The position numbers and the translations under genes are program-made. This document shows positions 33,492 through 43,201 of a stretch of 64,000 nucleotides of DNA, piece after piece. The notes beneath the pieces are model-generated. The model saw nothing but the letters and a program-made list of their open reading frames with translations, had not been told where the DNA came from and did not search any database. Numbering within the stretch: the first letter of the stretch is position 1; each line of letters starts with the position of its first letter. This DNA comes from Gemmobacter sp. (lineage in GTDB: Bacteria; Pseudomonadota; Alphaproteobacteria; Rhodobacterales; Rhodobacteraceae), in NCBI GenBank assembly GCA_046292445.1, contig JBKBQT010000004.1, positions 19,206 to 83,205 on the forward strand, given 5' to 3'.

Positions 33492-34367
33492 ATGACAGCC
33501 CTGCATCCTGCCTCCTGCGCGCCCGCCCTGCCCGGCCTGCCGCCCGACAGGCCCGCGATCATGGGCATCCTCAACGTCACCCCCGACAGCTTTTCCGACG
33601 GCGGCGCCTACCTTTCGCCTGCCGCCGCCGTGGCCCATGGCCGGGCGATGCTCGAGGCGGGCGCCGATATCATCGATGTCGGCGGCGAATCGACCCGACC
33701 CTTCGCCGCCCCCGTCGAGGCGGGCGAGGAAATCGCCCGCACGGCCTTTGTCATCGCCGCGCTGCGGGCCAGCGGCGTGACTGCGCCGATCTCGATCGAT
33801 ACGCGCAAGGCCGCCGTCGCCGAAGCTGCGTTCGAGGCCGGGGCGAGCATCCTCAACGACGTTACCGCCCTGACCCACGATCCGGCGATGGCCTCGCTGG
33901 CCGCCCGGCGCGGCGTGCCGGTCATCCTGATGCACGCGCAGGGCACGCCCGAAACGATGCAGATCGCGCCCCACTACAGCGACGTCGTGGCCGAGGTCGC
34001 CGCCTATCTGGCCGCGCGCATCGCCGCCGCCACCGCCGCAGGGATCGACCCCGCGCGCATCGCCATCGACCCCGGCATCGGTTTCGGCAAGACCGCTGCG
34101 CACAACCTCGCCCTCCTGCGGGCGATCCCTACGTTCGCCGCGCTCGGCCATCCGGTGCTGATCGGCGCATCGCGCAAGGGTTTTGTCGGCGCGATCGGCG
34201 GGTTCCCGGGCCAGCCGGTCCCCGGCGGCAAGGCGCGGATGCCCGGATCGGTCGCGGTCGCACTGCACGCGGCGCGGGCGGGCGCGCGGATCCTGCGCGT
34301 CCACGACGTCGCCGAAACCGTCCAGGCCCTGCGCCTGCAATCCGCGATCGAGAGGGGAGCCCCATGA
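33492..34367 (+). CDS. folP: Dihydropteroate synthase
   Basis: From the ATG at 33492: [36 protein letters not shown]. Confidence 0.93.
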   Translation: MTALHPASCAPALPGLPPDRPAIMGILNVTPDSFSDGGAYLSPAAAVAHGRAMLEAGADIIDVGGESTRPFAAPVEAGEEIARTAFVIAALRASGVTAPISIDTRKAAVAEAAFEAGASILNDVTALTHDPAMASLAARRGVPVILMHAQGTPETMQIAPHYSDVVAEVAAYLAARIAAATAAGIDPARIAIDPGIGFGKTAAHNLALLRAIPTFAALGHPVLIGASRKGFVGAIGGFPGQPVPGGKARMPGSVAVALHAARAGARILRVHDVAETVQALRLQSAIERGAP

Positions 34368-35710
34368 CCCGCAAGCTTTTCGGCACCGACGGTGTGCGTG
34401 GCACCGCCAACACCCACCCGATGACCGCCGGCATGGCGCTGCGCCTCGGCGCCGCGGCAGGCCAGTTCTTCCGCCGCGAGGGCAACCGCGAACATCGCGC
34501 GGTCATCGGCAAGGATACGCGGCTTTCGGGCTACATGCTCGAAAACGCCCTGACGGCGGGCCTGACATCCTCGGGCATGTCGGTGCTGCTGCTCGGCCCG
34601 GTGCCCACCCCGGCGGTCGGCTATCTGACGCGCAGCCTGCGGGCCGATCTTGGCGTGATGATCTCGGCGAGCCACAACCCCGCGCCCGACAACGGCATCA
34701 AGTTCTTCGGCCCCGACGGGTTCAAGCTGTCGGACGAGGCCGAGATCGAGATCGAGTCCCTTGTGGGCGAGCCGGTCGAGCCCTGCCCGGCCGACGAGAT
34801 CGGCCGCGCCAAGCGGATCGAGGACGGTCGCGGGCGCTATGTCGAATATGCCAAGACGACCTTCCCCGGACGCGGCCGGCTGAACGGGCTCAAGGTGGTG
34901 ATCGACTGCGCCAATGGTGCGGCCTACCGCGCCGCACCCGAGGTTCTGTGGGAACTGGGCGCCGAGGTGATCCCCATCGGCACCGCGCCGAACGGGCGCA
35001 ACATCAACCACCTGTGCGGGTCCACGCACACCCGGACGGCGGCCGAGGCGGTGGTGGCCCATGGCGCCGACGTGGGGATCGCGCTCGACGGCGATGCCGA
35101 CCGGGTGATGATCATCGACGAGACGGGGCATGTGGCCGACGGCGACCAGATCATGGCCCTGCTCGCCGCCCGCTGGGCGGACGAGGGGCGGCTCCTGGGC
35201 GGCACGCTGGTGGCCACCGTCATGTCGAACCTCGGGCTGGAGCGGTTTCTGGCGGCGCGCGGCCTGCACCTGCACCGTACCCCCGTCGGCGACCGCTACG
35301 TGGTCGAGGCGATGCGCCGCGGCGGCTGGAACCTCGGGGGCGAACAGTCGGGGCACATCGTGATGACCGACTATGCCACCACCGGCGACGGGTTGATCGC
35401 GGGGTTGCAGTTCCTCGCCGAGATGCTGCGGACCGGTCGCCCGGCCTCGGCGCTGATCCACAGCTTTGTCACCGTGCCGCAGGTGTTGCGAAACGTGCGC
35501 TATGCCGCCGGGCAGGAGCCGCTGCACGCCCCCGCCGTGCGCGCCGCCATCGCCGAGGCCGAGGCGCGGCTGAACGGCACCGGGCGCCTTCTGATCCGCA
35601 AGTCGGGAACCGAACCCCTGATCCGCGTGATGGCGGAGTGCGAGGACGAGGCGCTCATGGCCGAGATCCTGGCCGGGATCGTCGGGGCGGTCGAGGTGGC
35701 GACGGCCTGA
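34364..35710 (+). CDS. glmM: Phosphoglucosamine mutase
   Basis: 448 aa. [13 protein letters not shown], active-site SASHNP, and GEQSGH. The ATG overlaps the folP TGA. Confidence 0.96.
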   Translation: MTRKLFGTDGVRGTANTHPMTAGMALRLGAAAGQFFRREGNREHRAVIGKDTRLSGYMLENALTAGLTSSGMSVLLLGPVPTPAVGYLTRSLRADLGVMISASHNPAPDNGIKFFGPDGFKLSDEAEIEIESLVGEPVEPCPADEIGRAKRIEDGRGRYVEYAKTTFPGRGRLNGLKVVIDCANGAAYRAAPEVLWELGAEVIPIGTAPNGRNINHLCGSTHTRTAAEAVVAHGADVGIALDGDADRVMIIDETGHVADGDQIMALLAARWADEGRLLGGTLVATVMSNLGLERFLAARGLHLHRTPVGDRYVVEAMRRGGWNLGGEQSGHIVMTDYATTGDGLIAGLQFLAEMLRTGRPASALIHSFVTVPQVLRNVRYAAGQEPLHAPAVRAAIAEAEARLNGTGRLLIRKSGTEPLIRVMAECEDEALMAEILAGIVGAVEVATA

Positions 35711-36157
35711 CATTTCCCCGCAGCATCAACCCCATGCCCGCGGCGTCCTGCGCGTGGGGGGGCCAAGCGGCCACCGCCAGGGCCGGCGCGGCAGGGCGGT
35801 GCGGCACGCGGCGGTAAACCCGTGGTCCGTGACCAGCCGTGTGCAATGAAAGCCCCGCCGCGGCACCGGCCTGACCGCCAGCCTTACCCTCGGCGCGGTC
35901 GTGGTGGCGGCAGCGCGGAGATCGGGGGAATGTGCCTCGGCGGGTTTCCTGCCGCCCTGTTCGGGCGGCCGGGGCCACCGCTATTTCGCCGTCGTCAAGG
36001 CGCTGGACCGCGCCGACAAGGTTCTGGGGACCGCGCGCGTGGAGATGTGGCGCCAGTGATGCGTCACGGACGGTTTCCGAGGGATTGCCGCCGGTTGCAA
36101 CCCCTCGGAATCGGCTGACGGGGAACGTGTCCACGTGTGGGCACGCCCCGGACAGCC

Positions 36158-37306
<1,149 letters not shown>

Positions 37307-37308
37307 TC

Positions 37309-37764
37309 ATGATCGACGACATCGACCGGCGCCTGATGCGCCACTACCTCGCCGAGCCCGAGGCGCCGACGACGGCGCTGGCGGCCCGCGCCGGCCTGTC
37401 CCCGGCAACCGCGTGGCGCCGCCTCGAACGGCTGCGCGAAGCCGGCGTGATCCGCGGCGTTCATGCCGGGGTCAATTGGCGTGCCCTCGGCTGGGAGGTG
37501 GAGGTGAGCCTGCGCGTGACGCTCGACAAGACCAACCCGCGGGCCTTCGACGAATTCATTGCCGCGGCGCGGACGGTTCCCGAAGTGATCGCGATCGAGA
37601 CGTTCCTCGGCCGCGTGGATGTGCGGCTCAACGTGATCGCCCGTGACATGGGGCATTATACCGAGGTGTACCGGGCGCGCGTTCTGACCCTGCCGCATAT
37701 CGCCGACCTCGAGTCGCTGATGCTGGTCGCCACGATCAAGGACACAGCGGGGCTGCCGTTATGA
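37309..37764 (+). CDS. Lrp/AsnC family transcriptional regulator
   Basis: 151 aa. N-terminal HTH (IDRRLMRHYLAEPEAPTTALAARAGLSPATAWRRLERLREAGVI) plus a RAM/ACT-like C-domain. Divergent from ilvC. Confidence 0.85.
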   Translation: MIDDIDRRLMRHYLAEPEAPTTALAARAGLSPATAWRRLERLREAGVIRGVHAGVNWRALGWEVEVSLRVTLDKTNPRAFDEFIAAARTVPEVIAIETFLGRVDVRLNVIARDMGHYTEVYRARVLTLPHIADLESLMLVATIKDTAGLPL

Positions 37765-38219
37765 AGGCGCTCGACGACACGGACCGGGCGATCCTGCGCG
37801 CGCTTTCGGCCGACGGCACGCAAGGCGCCGGGGCCGTCGCGCGGCGGCTGGACCTTACGCAGCCGGCTGTCTGGCGGCGGATGGACCGGCTCAGGCGGGC
37901 GGGCATCCTCGGCGGGCTGCGTGTCGATGTCGATCGGGCCGCCCTCGGATTTGGCGTGACCGTGTTCCTCGGGATCAAGCTGGCGGCGAAGGGGCGGGTG
38001 GGCCTCGAGGATTTCGAAAGGGCGGCGACGGCTATCCCCGAGGTTCAGGTCGTGCAGCATGTGCTGGGCCTCTTCGACTACCGGCTGCGGGTGGTCGCCC
38101 GCGACATCGCCGACTTCGAGCGCATCCTGCGGCGCCGGATCATGACCCTGCCGGGTGTCGGTCAGGTCGAGGCGAATGTGCTCCTGACCGAGGAGAGGCG
38201 GCCCGGACCGATCGGGTGA
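37761..38219 (+). CDS. Lrp/AsnC family transcriptional regulator
   Basis: 152 aa (LDDTDRAILRALSADG...RRMDRLRRAGIL). The ATG overlaps the stop of the preceding Lrp gene. Confidence 0.85.
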   Translation: MKALDDTDRAILRALSADGTQGAGAVARRLDLTQPAVWRRMDRLRRAGILGGLRVDVDRAALGFGVTVFLGIKLAAKGRVGLEDFERAATAIPEVQVVQHVLGLFDYRLRVVARDIADFERILRRRIMTLPGVGQVEANVLLTEERRPGPIG

Positions 38220-38225
38220 GGAACG

Positions 38226-38301
38226 AAGACCTTTCGTACGAAAGGTCTTTTTCCGGCCACGGCCTCCCGGGGACGAAAAGTCTTCGTACGAAGACTTTTC
38301 G
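38226..38301. repeat. Bipartite palindromic hairpin element, copy 2 (a-hairpin 38226-38249, b-hairpin 38274-38301)
   Basis: AAGACCTTTCGTACGAAAGGTCTT is a perfect 24-nt palindrome. CGAAAAGTCTTCGTACGAAGACTTTTCG is a perfect 28-nt palindrome. The element fills the gap between convergent stops at 38219 and 38304. Confidence 0.85.
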
Positions 38302-38303
38302 GG

Positions 38304-38624
38304 TCAGCCCCGCCCCTCGAGTGCCTCGCGCAGCCGCTCGATCTCGCCGCGCGCGGTGCGCAGCCCGTCCATCGCCGCGCGCAGTTCGGCCTCGGTCTGC
38401 GCGATCTGGTTGGTCAGTTCGGCCTCGCGATGCTCCATCCAAGCCAACGCCTGGTCGCGCATGTCCTCGGCCTCGTGCAATTCCTGCGCCATCCGGTCGA
38501 TTTCGGCGATATCGGCGCCCGCAACACGCGTGAAGCGATGAACCAGCCAGTAGGCGAACCAGCCAAGCGCGAAGGCCACGAAAAGGATGATCGCCGTGGC
38601 GATCACGAATTCGGTCCGGTTCAT
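38304..38624 (-). CDS. Small membrane-anchored coiled-coil protein
   Basis: 106 aa. One N-terminal TM (FVIATAIILFVAFALGWFAYWLV) followed by a coiled coil. The start overlaps the stop of the upstream OmpA-family gene. Confidence 0.65.
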   Translation of the reverse strand: MNRTEFVIATAIILFVAFALGWFAYWLVHRFTRVAGADIAEIDRMAQELHEAEDMRDQALAWMEHREAELTNQIAQTEAELRAAMDGLRTARGEIERLREALEGRG

Positions 38625-40765
38625 GGCGCGGTCCTGTCGGCGGGTCGGCGCTGGGGGCGCAGGGTGGCGGCCTGCGGGGCAAAGGAGGCTGCGGCGGGAT
38701 CTGCGCCGACCGCGGCAGCATCCTGCGCCGCGCCCGCTTCCCCTGCGGGCGTGGCGAGAACACCGGCGATGATCGGCGCTGCCGCCGGCGCTCCAGCGCC
38801 TGCGGCGGGATCCGCGTCCGTGTCCTCTGCCGCAACTGGGTCGCTGTCTGCGTCATCCGCGCCTGCGGGTCTGAAGGCACCCGCGCCCGCCGGATCGTCA
38901 GCGGCAGAGAGGCTTGCTGGCCCGTCCGCGACCGCGTCCGCGTCCGGGACCAGCAGGCGGAAGGCGATGCGGCGGTTGGTCTCGCGCCCGTCTTCGGTTG
39001 CGTTGTCGGCGATCGGTTCCTCTGCGCCGTAGCCCCGCGCGGTGATTGACGCCACCGGCACGCGCAGCGCCCGGAGCGCATTGCGCACCGCCTCGGCCCT
39101 GCGTTCGCTGAGGGCGAGGTTGGTTTCGGCGCGGCCCTGCGAATCGGTATGGCCGCCGATCTCGATCGGCGCATCGGGGCAGGATTGCAGGACGCGGGCG
39201 AGATCCTCGAGGGTGCGCCGGGCCGATCCGTCGATCTCGGCCGACCCCGGCGCGAAGGTGATCTTCCCCGCCGCAAGCACCGCATTCGCCGCCGCGACGC
39301 AGGCCTCGGGCGCCGGGCGGCCGGCGGCGGGATCGAGCGTTGCGTCATAGGTGACATCGACGCTGTATTGCGCGCCCTGGCCAAGCTGGTCGGCGAGCAC
39401 CCGCGCAATCTCGGCCGTCGCGCCCCGCATGCCGGTCCGGCCCTGCACCTGCACGCTGTCGGCCTCGACCAGCACCGAGCCCTCGTGGAGGACAGCGAGC
39501 GCGGCCAGCCCCGCGAGCACCCGGAGCGACCAGCCCGGCGGCAGGCCGTCGGGATCGACTCGCAGCGCTGTCGTCACCGCATCCGCCCCGAACCGGGCGC
39601 GAGCATAGGCGTCGGTGACGGCCTGCAGCCGTTCGTCCGCGATCCGGCCGCGCAAGGCGACCGTGCCGTCGGGCCCGCGCACCGCCGTGAACTGCGCCGC
39701 GGGGGCTTCGCGCGCCGCCTGCGGCGGCTCCAGCCGCGTCGCCTTGAGCGAGAAGACATCGGGGAGCGCCGCGCCAAGATCCCCCACCGCCCGGTCGAAG
39801 GCCGCAGCCGTGACCGTATGGGCCGCGATCAGCGTCACATCCGTGTCCGACAGCGTGACCGATCCAGCGCCGAGCCTTGCCAGCGCGGAAATCGCCGCCT
39901 CCGCCCCTTCGGCCCAGCGCGGCGAGGGGGCACCGAGGCCGAGGGCGCAGTCGATCTTGCCCGACACGCCTGCCGCAACCGCCGCCGCGACGATGCGCGC
40001 CCGGCCGCGCTCGCTGACTGCAGCGCAGGCGTCGAAGCGTGCGCCGGCCTCGTCCATCACGAAGCGCAAGGTAAAGGGCGTGATGACTGGCCGGGGCGCG
40101 GCGATGTCGATCCGCAGCGCAAGCGCCGCATCGCCGCGCGGTGCGGCCCGGGCAAGCGCCGTCTCGAACTGCCGCTGTTCTGCGACGGACTCGGCGATCG
40201 CCGTCACGGTGACCGCACCGGGGCGAATCGAGATCTTGGACCGCGGCAACAGCGCCAGCGCGTCGAGGCCGAAGCGCACCGCCTCGTCCCAGTGCCGCGG
40301 CACCGGATGGGTGGTGGTCTGGAGCATGTCGGCCACCGGCGCGTCGGCAGCGGCCCTTCCAGCCGCCGCGCGCAGCGCCGCGGCATCCCAGTCGCCCGGG
40401 ACGAGGCCGATCAGGGAAACGCCGTCGTCGTTGCGCAGAAGCTCGAGCAGGAATGCCGGCGGCGCGTTCGATGCCGCCGGCGTCACCTCGAGCGCGTCGA
40501 TCACCCGGTCGCCCCCGACCACCGTTCCGGCCAGGCTGACCGCGCGGAAGCGCAGCGCCTCGGTCGGGGCCGTTCCCGTCAGCGTCAGGGTCAGGCCATC
40601 GGCGCGCGCCTGCGCCCAGGGGAGGCCCTGCGCCGCCAGCAGCCGCTCGGTCAGGCGGACGGCGCGCGTCTCGATGGCGCCGGCGGCAAGGCTTGCGGTC
40701 ATCACCGCAAGGACAGCAGCCGCGCCAAAGGCGGCAAGCGCGATGAAGGTGGCGGTCAGGCGCAT
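38621..40765 (-). CDS. OmpA family protein (large periplasmic protein with OmpA-like peptidoglycan-binding domain and acidic low-complexity tail)
   Basis: 714 aa. N-terminal signal/anchor, OmpA_C motif IEIGGHTDSQGRAETNLALSERRAEAVRNAL...NRRIAF, then about 110 aa of Asp/Ala/Pro/Gly-rich tail. Confidence 0.85.
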   Translation of the reverse strand: MRLTATFIALAAFGAAAVLAVMTASLAAGAIETRAVRLTERLLAAQGLPWAQARADGLTLTLTGTAPTEALRFRAVSLAGTVVGGDRVIDALEVTPAASNAPPAFLLELLRNDDGVSLIGLVPGDWDAAALRAAAGRAAADAPVADMLQTTTHPVPRHWDEAVRFGLDALALLPRSKISIRPGAVTVTAIAESVAEQRQFETALARAAPRGDAALALRIDIAAPRPVITPFTLRFVMDEAGARFDACAAVSERGRARIVAAAVAAGVSGKIDCALGLGAPSPRWAEGAEAAISALARLGAGSVTLSDTDVTLIAAHTVTAAAFDRAVGDLGAALPDVFSLKATRLEPPQAAREAPAAQFTAVRGPDGTVALRGRIADERLQAVTDAYARARFGADAVTTALRVDPDGLPPGWSLRVLAGLAALAVLHEGSVLVEADSVQVQGRTGMRGATAEIARVLADQLGQGAQYSVDVTYDATLDPAAGRPAPEACVAAANAVLAAGKITFAPGSAEIDGSARRTLEDLARVLQSCPDAPIEIGGHTDSQGRAETNLALSERRAEAVRNALRALRVPVASITARGYGAEEPIADNATEDGRETNRRIAFRLLVPDADAVADGPASLSAADDPAGAGAFRPAGADDADSDPVAAEDTDADPAAGAGAPAAAPIIAGVLATPAGEAGAAQDAAAVGADPAAASFAPQAATLRPQRRPADRTAP

Positions 40766-40822
40766 GGGCTCTGCCTCGTCCTCGGGCCTTCGGTGGTAGC
40801 GCCGGCGGCCACTGTCATCAAC

Positions 40823-41803
40823 CTAGGCCAGCGCCGCGGCGGCGAGAAACAGCGCAAGGATCAGCCCCGCATCCCGGTTCGAGCGGAACAGCGTCAGGCA
40901 CAGCGCCCCATCGTCGATGTCGAGCCGCGCCAGTTGCCAGCCCAGATGCGCCCCGAACCCCCAGATCCCGGCAAGCGCGAGCACCACCGCACCCCAGCCG
41001 GCGTCGGCGGCAAGCAACGCCGGCAGGACGGCGGCCGTGGCCAGCAGCACCGCCGCCGCCAGAAACCCCCGCAGCCAGAGCCGCGTCTGCGCGCCGAACA
41101 GGCGCGCGGTGGACCGCACGCCGATCAGCGCGTCATCCTCGCGGTCCTGATGGGCATAGATCGTGTCGTAGAACAGCGTCCAGGCGATGCCGGCCAGCCA
41201 CAGCAGCACCGCCGGCAGCCCGATCGCACCGGCATGCGCGGCGTAGGCCAGCAGCGCGCCCCAGTTGAACGCGAGCCCGAGGAACAGTTGCGGCCACCAG
41301 GTGAAGCGCTTGGCAAAGGGATAGACGGCGACCAGCGCCAGCGACCCGACCCCGAGCGCGACGGCCACCGGATGGAAGGTGAACAGGATCGCCGCCGCCG
41401 CCAGCGCCTGCGCCACCATCCACACCGCCGCCTGCCGCACCGTGACCTGCCCCGAGGGAATCGGACGCGACCGGGTGCGCGCCACGCGCCCGTCGAAATC
41501 GCGGTCGGTGATGTCGTTCCAGGTGCAGCCCGCACCGCGCATCAGGAACGCGCCGATGCCGCATCCGGCCACGATCCACAGATCGCCGGGCCGAAAACCG
41601 CCGCCCGCCGCGGCGGCGAGCGCGAGCCCCCAGAGGCAGGGAATGAACAGCAGCCAGGTCCCGATCGGCCGGTCGGCGCGGCTCAGCCGCAGATAGGGCC
41701 GGGCCCGGGGCGGGGCATGCCGGTCAACCCAGTTGCCCGGCACGGCATCGGCGACGCGGCCGGGTTCGGCTGCGGCCTCTGGCGCGCGGGACGGGTCGGG
41801 CAT
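40823..41803 (-). CDS. ubiA: 4-hydroxybenzoate polyprenyltransferase
   Basis: YLRLSRADRPIGTWLL and NDITDRDFDGRVARTRSRPIPSG are the UbiA signature. The start is uncertain: only 11 bp separate it from the divergent rsmE start, and internal GTG codons exist. Confidence 0.9.
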   Translation of the reverse strand: MPDPSRAPEAAAEPGRVADAVPGNWVDRHAPPRARPYLRLSRADRPIGTWLLFIPCLWGLALAAAAGGGFRPGDLWIVAGCGIGAFLMRGAGCTWNDITDRDFDGRVARTRSRPIPSGQVTVRQAAVWMVAQALAAAAILFTFHPVAVALGVGSLALVAVYPFAKRFTWWPQLFLGLAFNWGALLAYAAHAGAIGLPAVLLWLAGIAWTLFYDTIYAHQDREDDALIGVRSTARLFGAQTRLWLRGFLAAAVLLATAAVLPALLAADAGWGAVVLALAGIWGFGAHLGWQLARLDIDDGALCLTLFRSNRDAGLILALFLAAAALA

Positions 41804-41814
41804 AGCATCGCCTC

Positions 41815-42537
41815 ATGCAGGATGCGCGGGTCAGGCTTCATGTAGATCAGCCGCTGGCGGCGGGGCAACCCGTGCCGCTGTCGCGCGATCAGGCGCATTA
41901 TCTTTTCACCGTGATGCGCCTCGGGCCCGGCGATGCCGTGGCGGTGTTCAACGGGCGCGACGGCGAATGGCGCGCGGCCGTCACCGATGCGGGCCGTCGC
42001 GGCGGCACGCTCGTGGCCGAGGCGGCGCTGCGACCGGCAGAGCCGCCGCCCGACCTGTGGCTCCTGTTCGCCCCGCTCAAGAAGGCACGGACCGATTTCG
42101 TCGTCGAAAAGGCGGTAGAGCTTGGCGCGGCGCGCATCCTGCCGGTGCAGACCGCTTTTACCAATGCCGAACGGCTGCGCGAGGATCGGCTGCGCGCCCA
42201 CGCCGTCGAGGCGGCCGAGCAATGCGGCGCGGTCTTCGTGCCCGAGGTCGCACCGCTCGCGCCCTTGACGCAGGTTCTGGCGGGTTGGGATGCCGCGCGC
42301 CGCCTGTGGTGGTGCGACGAGGCGCTCGCGCGCGAAAGCGGCCCGCCCGCCTTCGGCCCCGGCCCCGCCGCCATCCTGATCGGGCCGGAAGGCGGCCTCG
42401 CCCCGCCCGAGCGCGCGCGGCTCGCCGCGCTGCCCTTTGCCCGCGCGGTCCGTCTCGGCCCGCGCATCCTGCGGGCCGAGACGGCGGCGCTTGCCGCAAT
42501 GACGCTCTGGCAGGCGGCGGCGGGGGACTGGCGATGA
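41815..42537 (+). CDS. rsmE: 16S rRNA (uracil1498-N3)-methyltransferase
   Basis: 240 aa. RLHVDQPL...HYLFTVMRLGPGDAVAVFNGRDGEW, C-terminal IGPEGGL and LGPRILRAETAA. Confidence 0.9.
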   Translation: MQDARVRLHVDQPLAAGQPVPLSRDQAHYLFTVMRLGPGDAVAVFNGRDGEWRAAVTDAGRRGGTLVAEAALRPAEPPPDLWLLFAPLKKARTDFVVEKAVELGAARILPVQTAFTNAERLREDRLRAHAVEAAEQCGAVFVPEVAPLAPLTQVLAGWDAARRLWWCDEALARESGPPAFGPGPAAILIGPEGGLAPPERARLAALPFARAVRLGPRILRAETAALAAMTLWQAAAGDWR

Positions 42538-43064
42538 GCTTCTTTCGCCCCGAGGCGATGGCCGCGCTGCACCGATGGCGCGAGGTGATTGCGGCGGGCG
42601 GGATGGCGACCTTCGGGCTGTGGCTGATCGCGCTCGGCGGGCTCATCCTGACTGCGCTCGGCGCGGCGGCGGTGGCGGCGTCGCTAAGCCTCGGGCTGAC
42701 TGCGCTGCGGCGGATGCGCTTTGCCCGCCGGCCGGAGGGGCCCGGCGTGGTCGAGATCGTCGAGGGGCAGATCGCCTGGTATGGGCCGGGCATCGGCGGC
42801 TTCGTGGCGCTCGACGATTTGCGCGCGCTCTCGCTGGTGACGGCGGCGGGGATGCGGTGCTGGCGGCTCGACCAGGCGGACGGGGCGCATCTGCTGATCC
42901 CCGTCGGGGCCGCGGGGGCCGAGCGGCTGTTCGACGCCTTCGCCGCCCTGCCCGGGCTCGACGCCGCCGACCTGCCCCGCGCGCTCGAAGCGGGGGGGAC
43001 CGGCGCGCGGATGGTATGGCAGCGGCGGGCGGCGCCCGTGCTGGCGGGGCCGAGCCCGCGCTGA
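42534..43064 (+). CDS. Hypothetical membrane protein
   Basis: 176 aa from the ATG at 42534, overlapping the rsmE TGA. Two TM-like segments, then a soluble domain. No motif recognised. Confidence 0.55.
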   Translation: MSFFRPEAMAALHRWREVIAAGGMATFGLWLIALGGLILTALGAAAVAASLSLGLTALRRMRFARRPEGPGVVEIVEGQIAWYGPGIGGFVALDDLRALSLVTAAGMRCWRLDQADGAHLLIPVGAAGAERLFDAFAALPGLDAADLPRALEAGGTGARMVWQRRAAPVLAGPSPR

Positions 43065-43201
43065 CGGGTTTTCCCGCATCGTCAATCAGATGCGCAGATG
43101 CATGGCGGCCCGTGCGGGCGCGCGCATCAGGCTCCCTTGACTTGTCCGGCGCGGCGGGACAGGTCTTGCCACCGGAAAAACCGAGATAACAGGCGCGCCC
43201 C

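Noticed and set aside
35822-36118. A 98-aa ORF listed in the glmM/ilvC gap.
   Set aside because: It has poor third-position GC and an Arg/Pro/Gly-rich product. The overlapping frame 35850-36059 carries the better coding signal (see findings).
39149-41845. An 898-aa plus-strand ORF.
   Set aside because: It is antisense to the OmpA-family gene and ubiA. It is Arg/Gly/Pro-rich with no motifs.
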